Part shown: piece after piece, positions 18,269 through 26,660 of the stretch
How positions within the stretch are numbered: position 1 is the first letter of the stretch
Layout of the letters: each line of letters begins with the position of its first letter
Source of the DNA: an uncultured Methanotrichaceae archaeon
GTDB taxonomy: Archaea; Halobacteriota; Methanosarcinia; Methanotrichales; Methanotrichaceae
Assembly: GCA_964572505.1 (NCBI GenBank)
Contig: CAZNGI010000002.1
Location: 1-39,726 of the forward strand
Direction: 5' to 3'
DNA: 39,726 bases
Notes under the pieces: model-generated
What the model was told of the DNA's origin: nothing
Databases searched by the model: none
Seen by the model: the letters and a program-made list of their open reading frames with translations, nothing else
Program-made: the position numbers and the translations under genes

Positions 18269-19054
18269 GTGGCATTGGACATTCGGCTTTTGGCAGGCTT
18301 TCTGGCCATTGGCCTGATATTATTTTCATCGTTGAAGATCACAAGGCAGTACGAGCGAGCCGTCGTCTTTCGGTTCGGAAAGCTCCTGGGCGAAAAGGGA
18401 CCGGGCCTCTTTCTGATAATACCGATCGTCGACAGGATCGTCAAGGTGGACCTGAGGGTCCGAGAGCTGGACGTTCCAAGACAGACGGTGATAAGCAGCG
18501 ACAACGTCAGCGTCGACGTCGACGCCGTCATCTACTACAAGGTCACGAGCTCGACCAGGGCGATAGTGGAGGTGGAGGACTACGGGGCTGCAACGGCGCT
18601 TCTCGCCCAGACGACTTTGAGGGACGTCCTCGGCCAAAACGAGCTGGACACGATCCTCTCCAACCGGGACGAGCTGAACAAGGAGGTTAAGATTATCCTG
18701 GACGAGATGACCGACCCCTGGGGGATCAAGGTGGTCACCGCCACCTTGAGGGACGTGGCCCTCCCCGAGAATATGCTCAGGGCGATTGCAAGGCAGGCTG
18801 AGGCCGAGCGAGAGAAGAGGGCGAGGATAATCCTGGCTGAGGGCGAGTTTCAGGCGTCCCAGAGGATGAACGATGCGGCCACCCTCTACGAGGAGAAGCC
18901 CAGCGCCCTGAAGCTGAGGGAGTTTCAGACCCTCACCGAGATCGCTAAAGAAAAGAACCTCATCGTCGTCTCGACCAGCTCTGACGTTCCAAGGCGTTCG
19001 GCAGAGGATATCTGTGCGACCGCGGGGCTTGCTAGGGCCGTGGTCGAGAAGTAA
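18269..19054 (+). CDS. SPFH/stomatin (slipin) family protein
   Basis: QYERAVVFRFGK, GPGLFLIIP, LAQTTLRDVLG, AIARQAEAEREKRA motifs. Confidence 0.93.
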   Translation: MALDIRLLAGFLAIGLILFSSLKITRQYERAVVFRFGKLLGEKGPGLFLIIPIVDRIVKVDLRVRELDVPRQTVISSDNVSVDVDAVIYYKVTSSTRAIVEVEDYGAATALLAQTTLRDVLGQNELDTILSNRDELNKEVKIILDEMTDPWGIKVVTATLRDVALPENMLRAIARQAEAEREKRARIILAEGEFQASQRMNDAATLYEEKPSALKLREFQTLTEIAKEKNLIVVSTSSDVPRRSAEDICATAGLARAVVEK

Positions 19055-19060
19055 GTCCGG

Positions 19061-20167
19061 GTGGTGGATATGGCAAAGACGGTGAGGCGAACCTCGACGC
19101 GGGCCGGAAAGAGAAGCAGGATGCAGGAGGCCCACGACTCCTTCGTATTCGCAAGGTACCTCTTCATGGCGGTGATCATCGCATTCATCGTCGTCCTGAT
19201 GGGGGTGATCATAACCCTGGGGCCCCTCGACATCTCCGTCGCCGAGGCCTACCGCGCCCTCATCGACAGGTTCTATCCCGGCTACTTCGATGTGGAACCT
19301 CTGACGAAGCGAGTCGTCTGGAACATAAGGTTCCCACGGATCGTGGGCGGGATCCTCGCCGGGTTTGGCCTTGGGGTATGCGGTTGCGTGATGCAGGCGG
19401 TCTTGAAAAACCCTCTTGCAAGCCCCTTCACCCTCGGAATCTCGGCTGGGGCCCAGTTTGGCATCTCGCTTGCGGCGGTCGTCGGGATCTCGATCGTCGG
19501 CGGCCCTTACATCCTCATAGGTAACGCCTTTCTCTTCGCCCTCCTCTGCTCCGGCTTCATCATAGGGCTTGCGGCCATCAAGGGCGCGAGCTCCGAGACC
19601 CTGATCCTTGCAGGAATCGCAGTGAACTACTTTTTCAGCGCCATGAGCCAGCTTTTCAAGTACTTCGCCAACGACGAGCAGCTCCGGCTCATGACATCGT
19701 GGGGGATGGGAGACCTTGCCGCCTTCTCCTGGAGCAAGATCCCTCTCATCCTCGCCGTCTTTGGGATCTGCATACCTCTTCTGATGCTTAAGGCCTGGGA
19801 CCTGAACATCATGACAGCAGGCGACGACACTGCCAAGAGCATCGGCGTAAACGCAGAGCACGTCAGGATATTCATAATGCTGGTATCGAGCCTGGTGGTG
19901 GCAACGGTCGTCTGCTTCACAGGGACTATCTCTTTCATAGGGCTTGTGGCACCCCACATGGCCCGGATGATCCTCGGCGGAGATCACAGGTTCTTGATCC
20001 CGGCTTCGGGAATCTTGGGGGCTGCGATTCTGATCGCAGCAGACGGCGTCGCCATGAACGTGATCGCGCCGACGGTGATACCAACGGGGATCATGACCTC
20101 GGTGATCGGAGTTCCGTTCTTCATGTGTCTCATGTTGAAAGGTAGAAGAAGGGAGTTTTGGACATGA
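19061..20167 (+). CDS. FecCD/BtuC-family ABC importer permease
   Basis: IRFPRI, MQAVLKNPLASPFTLGISAGA, GDDTAKSIGVN and GTISFIGLVAPHMAR motifs. Confidence 0.95.
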   Translation: MVDMAKTVRRTSTRAGKRSRMQEAHDSFVFARYLFMAVIIAFIVVLMGVIITLGPLDISVAEAYRALIDRFYPGYFDVEPLTKRVVWNIRFPRIVGGILAGFGLGVCGCVMQAVLKNPLASPFTLGISAGAQFGISLAAVVGISIVGGPYILIGNAFLFALLCSGFIIGLAAIKGASSETLILAGIAVNYFFSAMSQLFKYFANDEQLRLMTSWGMGDLAAFSWSKIPLILAVFGICIPLLMLKAWDLNIMTAGDDTAKSIGVNAEHVRIFIMLVSSLVVATVVCFTGTISFIGLVAPHMARMILGGDHRFLIPASGILGAAILIAADGVAMNVIAPTVIPTGIMTSVIGVPFFMCLMLKGRRREFWT

Positions 20168-21045
20168 TGATCCAGCTTCAGGCAAAGGGGATAGTATTCG
20201 GGTACAACAGCTCGCCGATCCTCAAAGACGTCAGCTTTGAGATCGGACCATCGAGACTCGTGACGATAGTGGGGCCGAACGGCTCTGGCAAGTCGACGTT
20301 GATCAAGTGCATCGATCGGATCCTATCGCCGAAGAGCGGCAGCATCCTGATCGATCGAAAGGACGTGACGAAGATGGACCGGATGGAGATCGCAAGGAAC
20401 CTCTCTTACGTTCCCCAGAACTCGGCCCGGACCTTCTCGTCCAACGTCTTCGATACGGTCCTCATGGGCAGAAGACCCCACATCGGCTGGCTTTCCAGCG
20501 ACGACGACGAAGATAAGGTCTGGGGGGTGTTGAGGCTCTTGGGGATCGAGGATCTGGCCATGAGCGGCTTTGGCGAATTGAGCGGGGGCCAGCAGCAGAA
20601 GGTGTTGATCGCAAGAGCCCTCGTCCAGGAGACAAAGGTGATGCTCCTCGACGAGCCGACGAGCAACCTGGACATCTGGCACCAGCTCGACGTCATGAAC
20701 ATCGTCAGCGATCTAGTGAGGAAGAGGAGGATGACGGCCCTGATAGCCCTTCACGACCTGAACCTCGCCTCAAAGTACTCTCACGGCATAATTATGATGA
20801 AGAAGGGGAAGATAATGGCCGTCGGAGATCCCGGCTCGGTTCTGACCCCCGAGAACATCGAGGCGATCTACAACGTCGAGGTGGCGGTGAGGTCTCAGTC
20901 GGAGGCGCCCTTCATCGTCCCTGTGAGGCAGATCAAGACGAACGGCTCGCGTCCAATCCCCGATAATAGGCCCTTCACTAACGGAGAGAGAAGGTGCGGG
21001 TTTCCTCGCAGCTTCTCTGAGATCAAGGAGATCAAGCTCTCCTGA
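20164..21045 (+). CDS. FepC/BtuD-family ABC ATPase
   Basis: Walker A GPNGSGKS, LSGGQQQKV, LLDEPTSNLD, LHDLNLA; ATGA overlap with permease stop. Confidence 0.95.
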   Translation: MMIQLQAKGIVFGYNSSPILKDVSFEIGPSRLVTIVGPNGSGKSTLIKCIDRILSPKSGSILIDRKDVTKMDRMEIARNLSYVPQNSARTFSSNVFDTVLMGRRPHIGWLSSDDDEDKVWGVLRLLGIEDLAMSGFGELSGGQQQKVLIARALVQETKVMLLDEPTSNLDIWHQLDVMNIVSDLVRKRRMTALIALHDLNLASKYSHGIIMMKKGKIMAVGDPGSVLTPENIEAIYNVEVAVRSQSEAPFIVPVRQIKTNGSRPIPDNRPFTNGERRCGFPRSFSEIKEIKLS

Positions 21046-21053
21046 AATTCAAT

Positions 21054-21980
21054 TTGAGCTTCGAATGTCGAATACGGCGATTTTCTGGAGGCGGGATCAT
21101 CGGGGAGACGGCTATTGAGACGCGCGGGCTGACGAAGACGTTCGTGGTGCCGAGGGGGATCGGCGACCTCGTCCGCCGTCGGCCCGCGCTTGAAGGGATC
21201 ACTCCCGTGGACGGCGTCGACCTCCTGGTCAGAAAGGGAGAAGTATTCGGCATCCTCGGACCGAACGGTGCCGGGAAGACGACGCTGATAAAGATCCTAT
21301 GCACCCTGATTCTTCCGACCGGGGGCGAAGCCCGCGTAAACGGCTACGACGTCGAGAAGGAGAGCGGAATGGTTCGGGAGTCGATTGGCCTGGTCACCAC
21401 CGATGAGAGGAGTTTCTACTGGAGGCTCACAGGAAGGCAGAACCTCGAGTTCTTCGCATCGCTTCACAACTTCTATTCGGACGACGCGCGGGATATGGTC
21501 GAGGAGCTTCTCGGGGTCGTGGATCTGAAATATGCCGCAGACGAGCGATTTCTTAACTACTCTGCCGGGATGAAGCAGAGGATGGCGATCGCCCGGGGGC
21601 TTTTGAACGATCCCGCGGTTCTGTTTATGGATGAGCCGACGAGAAGCCTCGATCCTGGAGCCGCCCAGGGCCTTCGGGATTTCATCAAAGAAGAGATCGT
21701 GAAGGAGCGGGGAAAGACGATATTCATATCGACCCACAACCTCGAAGAGGCGGAGACCCTCTGCGACAGGGTGGCGATCTTCGACGACGGCAAGATAAAG
21801 GTCGTCGGGAGTCCCGAAGAGCTGAAGGAAAATCTCGGGAACGGCTCGAAGCTTTCCGACGTCTTTTTGCATTATTCTGGAAAGAGGTTCGAGGATAGGG
21901 GCAAAGGCGGAGGATTCCGCCCCGACCGGAGGGGCTTCGCCCGCCGTGGCGGCCTCGGGCGAAGGAGGGGAGGAGTTTGA
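21054..21980 (+). CDS. ABC-2 type exporter ATPase (DrrA/NodI-like)
   Basis: GPNGAGKTT, YSAGMKQR, MDEPT and STHNLEEAETLCDRV motifs; start uncertain. Confidence 0.92.
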   Translation: MSFECRIRRFSGGGIIGETAIETRGLTKTFVVPRGIGDLVRRRPALEGITPVDGVDLLVRKGEVFGILGPNGAGKTTLIKILCTLILPTGGEARVNGYDVEKESGMVRESIGLVTTDERSFYWRLTGRQNLEFFASLHNFYSDDARDMVEELLGVVDLKYAADERFLNYSAGMKQRMAIARGLLNDPAVLFMDEPTRSLDPGAAQGLRDFIKEEIVKERGKTIFISTHNLEEAETLCDRVAIFDDGKIKVVGSPEELKENLGNGSKLSDVFLHYSGKRFEDRGKGGGFRPDRRGFARRGGLGRRRGGV

Positions 21981-22783
21981 TCTATCGAAAAGCCCTATCT
22001 TTCGTGAGGAGGAGCTACATGCTCCAGATGAGCTACAAGTTCGAGTTCTTCCTGCGGCTCTTCTTCATGTTCTTTAACATCCTCACATACTACTTCGTCG
22101 CAAAGCTGATCGGCACCGCAGGGCAGAAGTACCTCGCACCCTACGGCGGCGACTACTTCTCCTTCGTATTGATCGGGATCGCCTTCTCGGGGTATCTGAT
22201 GGTCTCGCTCCGGGGGTTCTCCGAGAGCGTCCGAGACGAGCAGATGATGGGGACGCTCGAGGCGATGCTCGTCACCCCCACCGACGCCTCGGCGATCATC
22301 ACCCTCTCGACCCTCTGGAACTTCATCTTCGCCTCCTTTCGGGTCCTCCTCTACCTCATCATAGGCGTCCTTTTGGGCGTGAGCCTCGCGGGCGCCAACG
22401 TCCTGGGGGCGCTGATCATCCTCGGCCTCACGATAATATGCTTCAGTAGCATCGGGATCCTCTCCGCCAGCTTCATCATGATCTTCAAGAGGGGCGATCC
22501 GATAAACATGCTCTTCATGAGCACGTCGGAGCTATTCGGGGGCGTCTTCTTCCCCATCACGGTCCTCCCCGCGTGGCTCCAGACGGTATCTCACCTGTTG
22601 CCGATGACCTACTCGCTGAACGGGATGAGGCACGCCCTCCTCCAGGGCTATTCGCTCCGGGACCTGGCGCCGGACGTGGGAACCCTCGTCCTCTTCTCGG
22701 CGATCCTTCTGCCGGCGAGCCTGCTTGCCTTCAGGTATGCGGTCCGGAAGGCGAAGATGGACGGGACGCTGGTGCACTACTGA
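21977..22783 (+). CDS. ABC-2 type exporter permease
   Basis: EQMMGTLEAMLVTP, GGVFFPITVLPAWLQ...LLPMTY; about 6 TM; TTGA overlap with ATPase stop. Confidence 0.92.
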   Translation: MIYRKALSFVRRSYMLQMSYKFEFFLRLFFMFFNILTYYFVAKLIGTAGQKYLAPYGGDYFSFVLIGIAFSGYLMVSLRGFSESVRDEQMMGTLEAMLVTPTDASAIITLSTLWNFIFASFRVLLYLIIGVLLGVSLAGANVLGALIILGLTIICFSSIGILSASFIMIFKRGDPINMLFMSTSELFGGVFFPITVLPAWLQTVSHLLPMTYSLNGMRHALLQGYSLRDLAPDVGTLVLFSAILLPASLLAFRYAVRKAKMDGTLVHY

Positions 22784-22924
22784 GGTGGGGCGGAAAATCT
22801 CTTCGGGTGGGGTCGTTTCAGGGAGGGGAACTTGAAGGCCCCTCCCTGCATACTGCTCAAGAGCCAAAGACCTATCTCACAGTCTCCGCCTCCACCGAGG
22901 AAGTGAGGAGGAATGAAGTGTTAT

Positions 22925-25072
22925 TTATAGTATCGATACCAAAAAAACCATTGCGGCGATTAAAACACCAACTACGGCGATTAAGTAATTTCTGTCCTTG
23001 TACCATGGCCGATTATCTTTTGCATTTTCGCTGGTATTTTGGGAATTTTCCACCTCAGGGTCAGGTGATACGTTTATTTTCTGATCATTACCCACCCCCT
23101 CGGCTATCTGCACCGTTGAATCTTCGATTACATATTTTGGCGTATTTTTTCCACTCATGGTGGCCACCTGTAAGATGTGGATTATTGAAAGCTGTCCGAT
23201 TATGTCTTCGTTCTTAGCCTCCTCAAGCTTGCTCTTTGTATATTTTCTTAAATGCAAATCTTGAATCGAATCGCTCCAAACGTCTATATCCCCAAGCATA
23301 TGATTAACTTTCTTCTGAACTTCTAGTTCATCGTAGGCTTTTTCAAGGGCGGATGCTGCATGTTTTTGTATTTTACAACCCAACTCCGCCTCTTGGGGGG
23401 TACCAGTCTTACAGATCTCTTCAGATTTGTCCCTGATGCCCTCGAGCAAGTTTTTTATCCGCTGATTGATTATCGGCAGCCCTCTCTTTATAATCTTAGT
23501 TGCCCACGGCGCACTTTCTTCGGTTTGGTCAAGAAGCTCTGCGGCTCGATCGCAGTATCGCCTATAAGAATTGAGATCGCATTTTGCAGCTTCAAGTCCC
23601 CTTTCCCGCAAACTTTGGGTTTCTTTCAAAGCATTCGAGAGATTCTCCACGGCTTCCAGCAGGTCTTCTTTGCTCTTCGATCCTTCAGATGCTTCTTTCG
23701 CCTCTGCCAGATATCTCAGTACCTCTGCTTCAGAGTCCTCCTTCTTGAAGGTAAGAACGTAGAACGACCGATAGAAGGGAAGGCAGAATTTTGCAGGATT
23801 AGAATCTTGGGCTTCTGTTGCAGATTTCTCAAAATATTTCAACGCGTTTTCTAGTTCTCGTTTAAAATCCTCTTCGCCCTTGGCTTCTGTTGCCCTAAAG
23901 ATCGAGGCTCTGCCAAGAGAATGGTTTGCCGAAACCCTTACATCGCTATCAAGATCTTTTGACAAATTGATCATCGTTTTAAAGGCGGCGTCCTTATCGG
24001 GGACCTCAGATAAGACGGCGCTGAGAGCGTTAGAAGTTACCAATCGCACATTCCGGTCCAGATCGCCGGAAAGGTGATGCAAATCTTGCCACGCAGCGGC
24101 TTTGTCGGGAAGATAGGGGAAGGCTGAGCCAATGGCGTAGGCAGCCACCGATCGCACACCGCCTTCCAGATCGCCGGAAAGGCGATGCAAATCTTGCCAT
24201 GCAGCGTTCTTATCGGGAAGATGGAAGAAGGCTGAACCAATGGCGTAGGCAGCCACCGATCGCACATCGCTTTCCAGATCGCCGGAAAGGCGATGCAAAT
24301 CTAGCCACGCAGCGTCCTTATCCGGGACGTGAGGAAAGACATTCTCCAGACTAACTGCAGCATAATGTCTCACATCGTCGTCTTCGTCAGCGAATAGACT
24401 GATCAGATCTTGGTAGGCAGTTTCTTTGTTGGGAACATTGGAGAAAGCAACGCCAAGAGCAACGGCAGCACCCCATCTGACATAATGATTCTCGCTGCCT
24501 ATTAAACGATGCAGATCTTGCTGGGCTAACTCTCTGTCAGAAACTTCGGAGAAGCTATCACCCAGAAAGACTGCAGCCAGTATTCTCACATCGTCGTCCT
24601 CGTCTCCAGAGAGACGGATCAGATCATGCCATGCAGCATCTTTGTTGGGAACGTGGGAAATAGCAACCCCAAGAGCTATTGCAGCCGCCCATCGCACATA
24701 GCTATCCTTGTCTCCGGTCAGACGATGTAAATCTTCCAAGGCATTGTATTTATCCGGAACCTGGGATAAGGCGATGCCAAGAGCTATGGCAACCTCCCAT
24801 CGAACCTTCCTATCCTCGTCGCCAGTAAGCCGGTGCAGATCTTGCCAGGCAGTGTCCTTATCGGGAACGTGAAGGAACGTGGCACCAAGAGCATCTGCAG
24901 CCATCCTTCGCACAGAGCTGCTATCGTCGCTGGTCAGTCGAATCAGATCTCGCCAGGCTGCATCTTTGTCGGGAAGAATGACAAGATTAGTGCGTAATTG
25001 ATTAACTGCCTCTATGCGGTCTTCGACTTTATCGCTTGTGGACTTTCGATGAATCTCCGCCTGGTCAACCAA
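22925..25072 (-). CDS. HEAT-repeat protein with helical C-terminal domain and tail TM anchor
   Basis: Ten 36-aa repeats, FCLPFYRSF segment, C-terminal hydrophobic stretch; visibly AT-richer than flanks. Confidence 0.85.
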   Translation of the reverse strand: MVDQAEIHRKSTSDKVEDRIEAVNQLRTNLVILPDKDAAWRDLIRLTSDDSSSVRRMAADALGATFLHVPDKDTAWQDLHRLTGDEDRKVRWEVAIALGIALSQVPDKYNALEDLHRLTGDKDSYVRWAAAIALGVAISHVPNKDAAWHDLIRLSGDEDDDVRILAAVFLGDSFSEVSDRELAQQDLHRLIGSENHYVRWGAAVALGVAFSNVPNKETAYQDLISLFADEDDDVRHYAAVSLENVFPHVPDKDAAWLDLHRLSGDLESDVRSVAAYAIGSAFFHLPDKNAAWQDLHRLSGDLEGGVRSVAAYAIGSAFPYLPDKAAAWQDLHHLSGDLDRNVRLVTSNALSAVLSEVPDKDAAFKTMINLSKDLDSDVRVSANHSLGRASIFRATEAKGEEDFKRELENALKYFEKSATEAQDSNPAKFCLPFYRSFYVLTFKKEDSEAEVLRYLAEAKEASEGSKSKEDLLEAVENLSNALKETQSLRERGLEAAKCDLNSYRRYCDRAAELLDQTEESAPWATKIIKRGLPIINQRIKNLLEGIRDKSEEICKTGTPQEAELGCKIQKHAASALEKAYDELEVQKKVNHMLGDIDVWSDSIQDLHLRKYTKSKLEEAKNEDIIGQLSIIHILQVATMSGKNTPKYVIEDSTVQIAEGVGNDQKINVSPDPEVENSQNTSENAKDNRPWYKDRNYLIAVVGVLIAAMVFLVSIL
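23891..24970 (-). repeat. Intragenic array of 10 x 108-bp units
   Basis: CCAGATCGCCGGAAAG recurs at 24058, 24166 and 24274 (108-bp period); protein units begin DK-x-AAW-x-DL. Confidence 0.88.
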
Positions 25073-25188
25073 ATCCCTACACCAAAGACCCTATAGCAAT
25101 CTTGCACTTAAAATTGTTTTTATACGCTTTGCAGCCGTTTAAGGTAGAGTGTGCCTTAGGGCCCTCACCTCATTCAGAAGCCGTCCCG

Positions 25189-26073
25189 TCAGCTTTCGGC
25201 CAACCCATCCTCTCGCGATTCCTTCTCCCACCAGATCTTGACCCTGATCGACGACGCGGGTAGGCTGAAGCCCCCGTTCTCCTCCTTGAGAACCCGGCCC
25301 AGGTGCTCCCACACGATCGCCTCCTGCTCCGCCGTCGAGATGCGGTACTGGTGGCGAAAGTGCTCCATCGCCTCCTCCATGCTGACAAAGCGCTGGCTGT
25401 GCTGCAGGCGGAAGGTCCTCACGTGGGGGTAGATCCCCATCTGGTAGAGGACGTTGTAGAGGACATCGCTCTTGGGGCCGGGAGTGTACTCTTTGCCGTG
25501 GAGCCTCGGCCAGAGGTCCCGGCAGTCCCGGTCCCAGTGGGTCTCTCCTGCGAAGTGGTAGAGGTAGATGTGGCCGCCTGTGGCGGCGGCAGCGATCATC
25601 TTCTCGATCGCCGCCCGGATGTCGGGCATCCCAAGGGAGAAGGAGGCGATCACCACGTCGTAGGGCGGGTCCAGGTCGTCGGCGACATTCACGTCCTCCC
25701 ACCTCTTCTGGACGACATCGATGTTGTCCACACACTCCTCGGCCATCTTCTCCCGGAGGACGGAGAGCATCCCCTCGGCCGGCTCCACAACGGTGACGTG
25801 GGCCACCCTTCGAGCGAAGGGGATGGCGAGGGTTCCAGGGCCTGAGCCTATGTCGAGGACCCGCGACTCTGGGGTGATCTCGGTTCCCGCGATCGTCTCT
25901 TCGACGCGGCCTCGGTTCTCCTTGGACATGTTCCAGAACTTCAGGGCGCTCTCTCGGCTCTCCCAGATTTTGGCGCAGTCGCGGGCGGTGCTCACCTCCC
26001 GGCTCCTACGCATCTGGTCTTTCCATACCTCGTTCCAGTCGATTTCTGTCAATGGGTTTATCGTGATAATCAC
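25189..26073 (-). CDS. Class I SAM-dependent methyltransferase, paralog of 17285-18226
   Basis: VLDIGSGPG; shared IDWNE/INWNE, QKRWEDV, DVVIAS-x-SLGM and SD-xx-LYNVL-xx-MGIY blocks. Confidence 0.88.
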   Translation of the reverse strand: MIITINPLTEIDWNEVWKDQMRRSREVSTARDCAKIWESRESALKFWNMSKENRGRVEETIAGTEITPESRVLDIGSGPGTLAIPFARRVAHVTVVEPAEGMLSVLREKMAEECVDNIDVVQKRWEDVNVADDLDPPYDVVIASFSLGMPDIRAAIEKMIAAAATGGHIYLYHFAGETHWDRDCRDLWPRLHGKEYTPGPKSDVLYNVLYQMGIYPHVRTFRLQHSQRFVSMEEAMEHFRHQYRISTAEQEAIVWEHLGRVLKEENGGFSLPASSIRVKIWWEKESREDGLAES

Positions 26074-26427
26074 CTCGGATATCCCCGCCGCAATGCTGCC
26101 GCGCTTCGAACTGCTGCGGGCGGCGGGGGCGATGAGACAGATTTCGTGGCTGCCTCGCGGCCCGAAGGGCGCATCGGGCGGCCGTATGCTGCATATCTCC
26201 CATGTTTAAGATAAGGCCTTGAGCCGATGGGTGGCGATTAAACTTATCCTTTTCTGCATGGGAAATCCTCAGATTTTGCTGGTAATTCGCCTCCTTGCTT
26301 ATGAGTTTTACTATAATATTTAACACTCGGATGGCCGAATATTGAAACTAAGGGTTGTTTAATAAAATTTCATGAGACGAATGATGCGAACATTTGTGAT
26401 GATCATCGAACTTTTATTTTAAAGTGA

Positions 26428-26464
26428 ATACCCCGCAGCTTGCAGCGGGGTGCGCTGTTTGACT
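26428..26464. repeat. Palindromic dispersed element, copy 2
   Basis: ATACCCCGCAGCTTGCAGCGGGGTGCGCTGTTTGACT, same orientation as 16-52. Confidence 0.8.
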
Positions 26465-26660
26465 AGACTGGGTGAAATTTCGTTTGGTTTTGGAAGAGAT
26501 GTACGACAATAAGAGCGATAGAGGTGGTCTCCTTTTCCGAATTCGTCGGCCAGATCTGGTCTGGACAAACCTGATGATATATGGTCGTCAGGTTGGCCCG
26601 CCCAAAGCCGATGGCGAGGGACAGGATCAACGCTGCCAGCAGGATCTGCCTTGTGATCAT
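26463..26660 (-). pseudogene. Probable truncated secreted-protein gene
   Basis: AGAGGA upstream of ATG; signal peptide MITRQILLAALILSLAIGFGRA; ORF ends after 65 aa at the palindromic element. Confidence 0.4.

Noticed and set aside
18326-20185. 619-aa minus-strand ORF and other long antisense ORFs (e.g. 7560-8819, 905-1675, 11405-12295)
   Set aside because: Shadow frames of well-supported genes in GC3-rich DNA; no family motifs.
23891-24970. 108-bp periodicity as a CRISPR array or DGR template/variable repeat
   Set aside because: Units are in-frame coding repeats without unique spacers; no cas or reverse transcriptase gene in the window.
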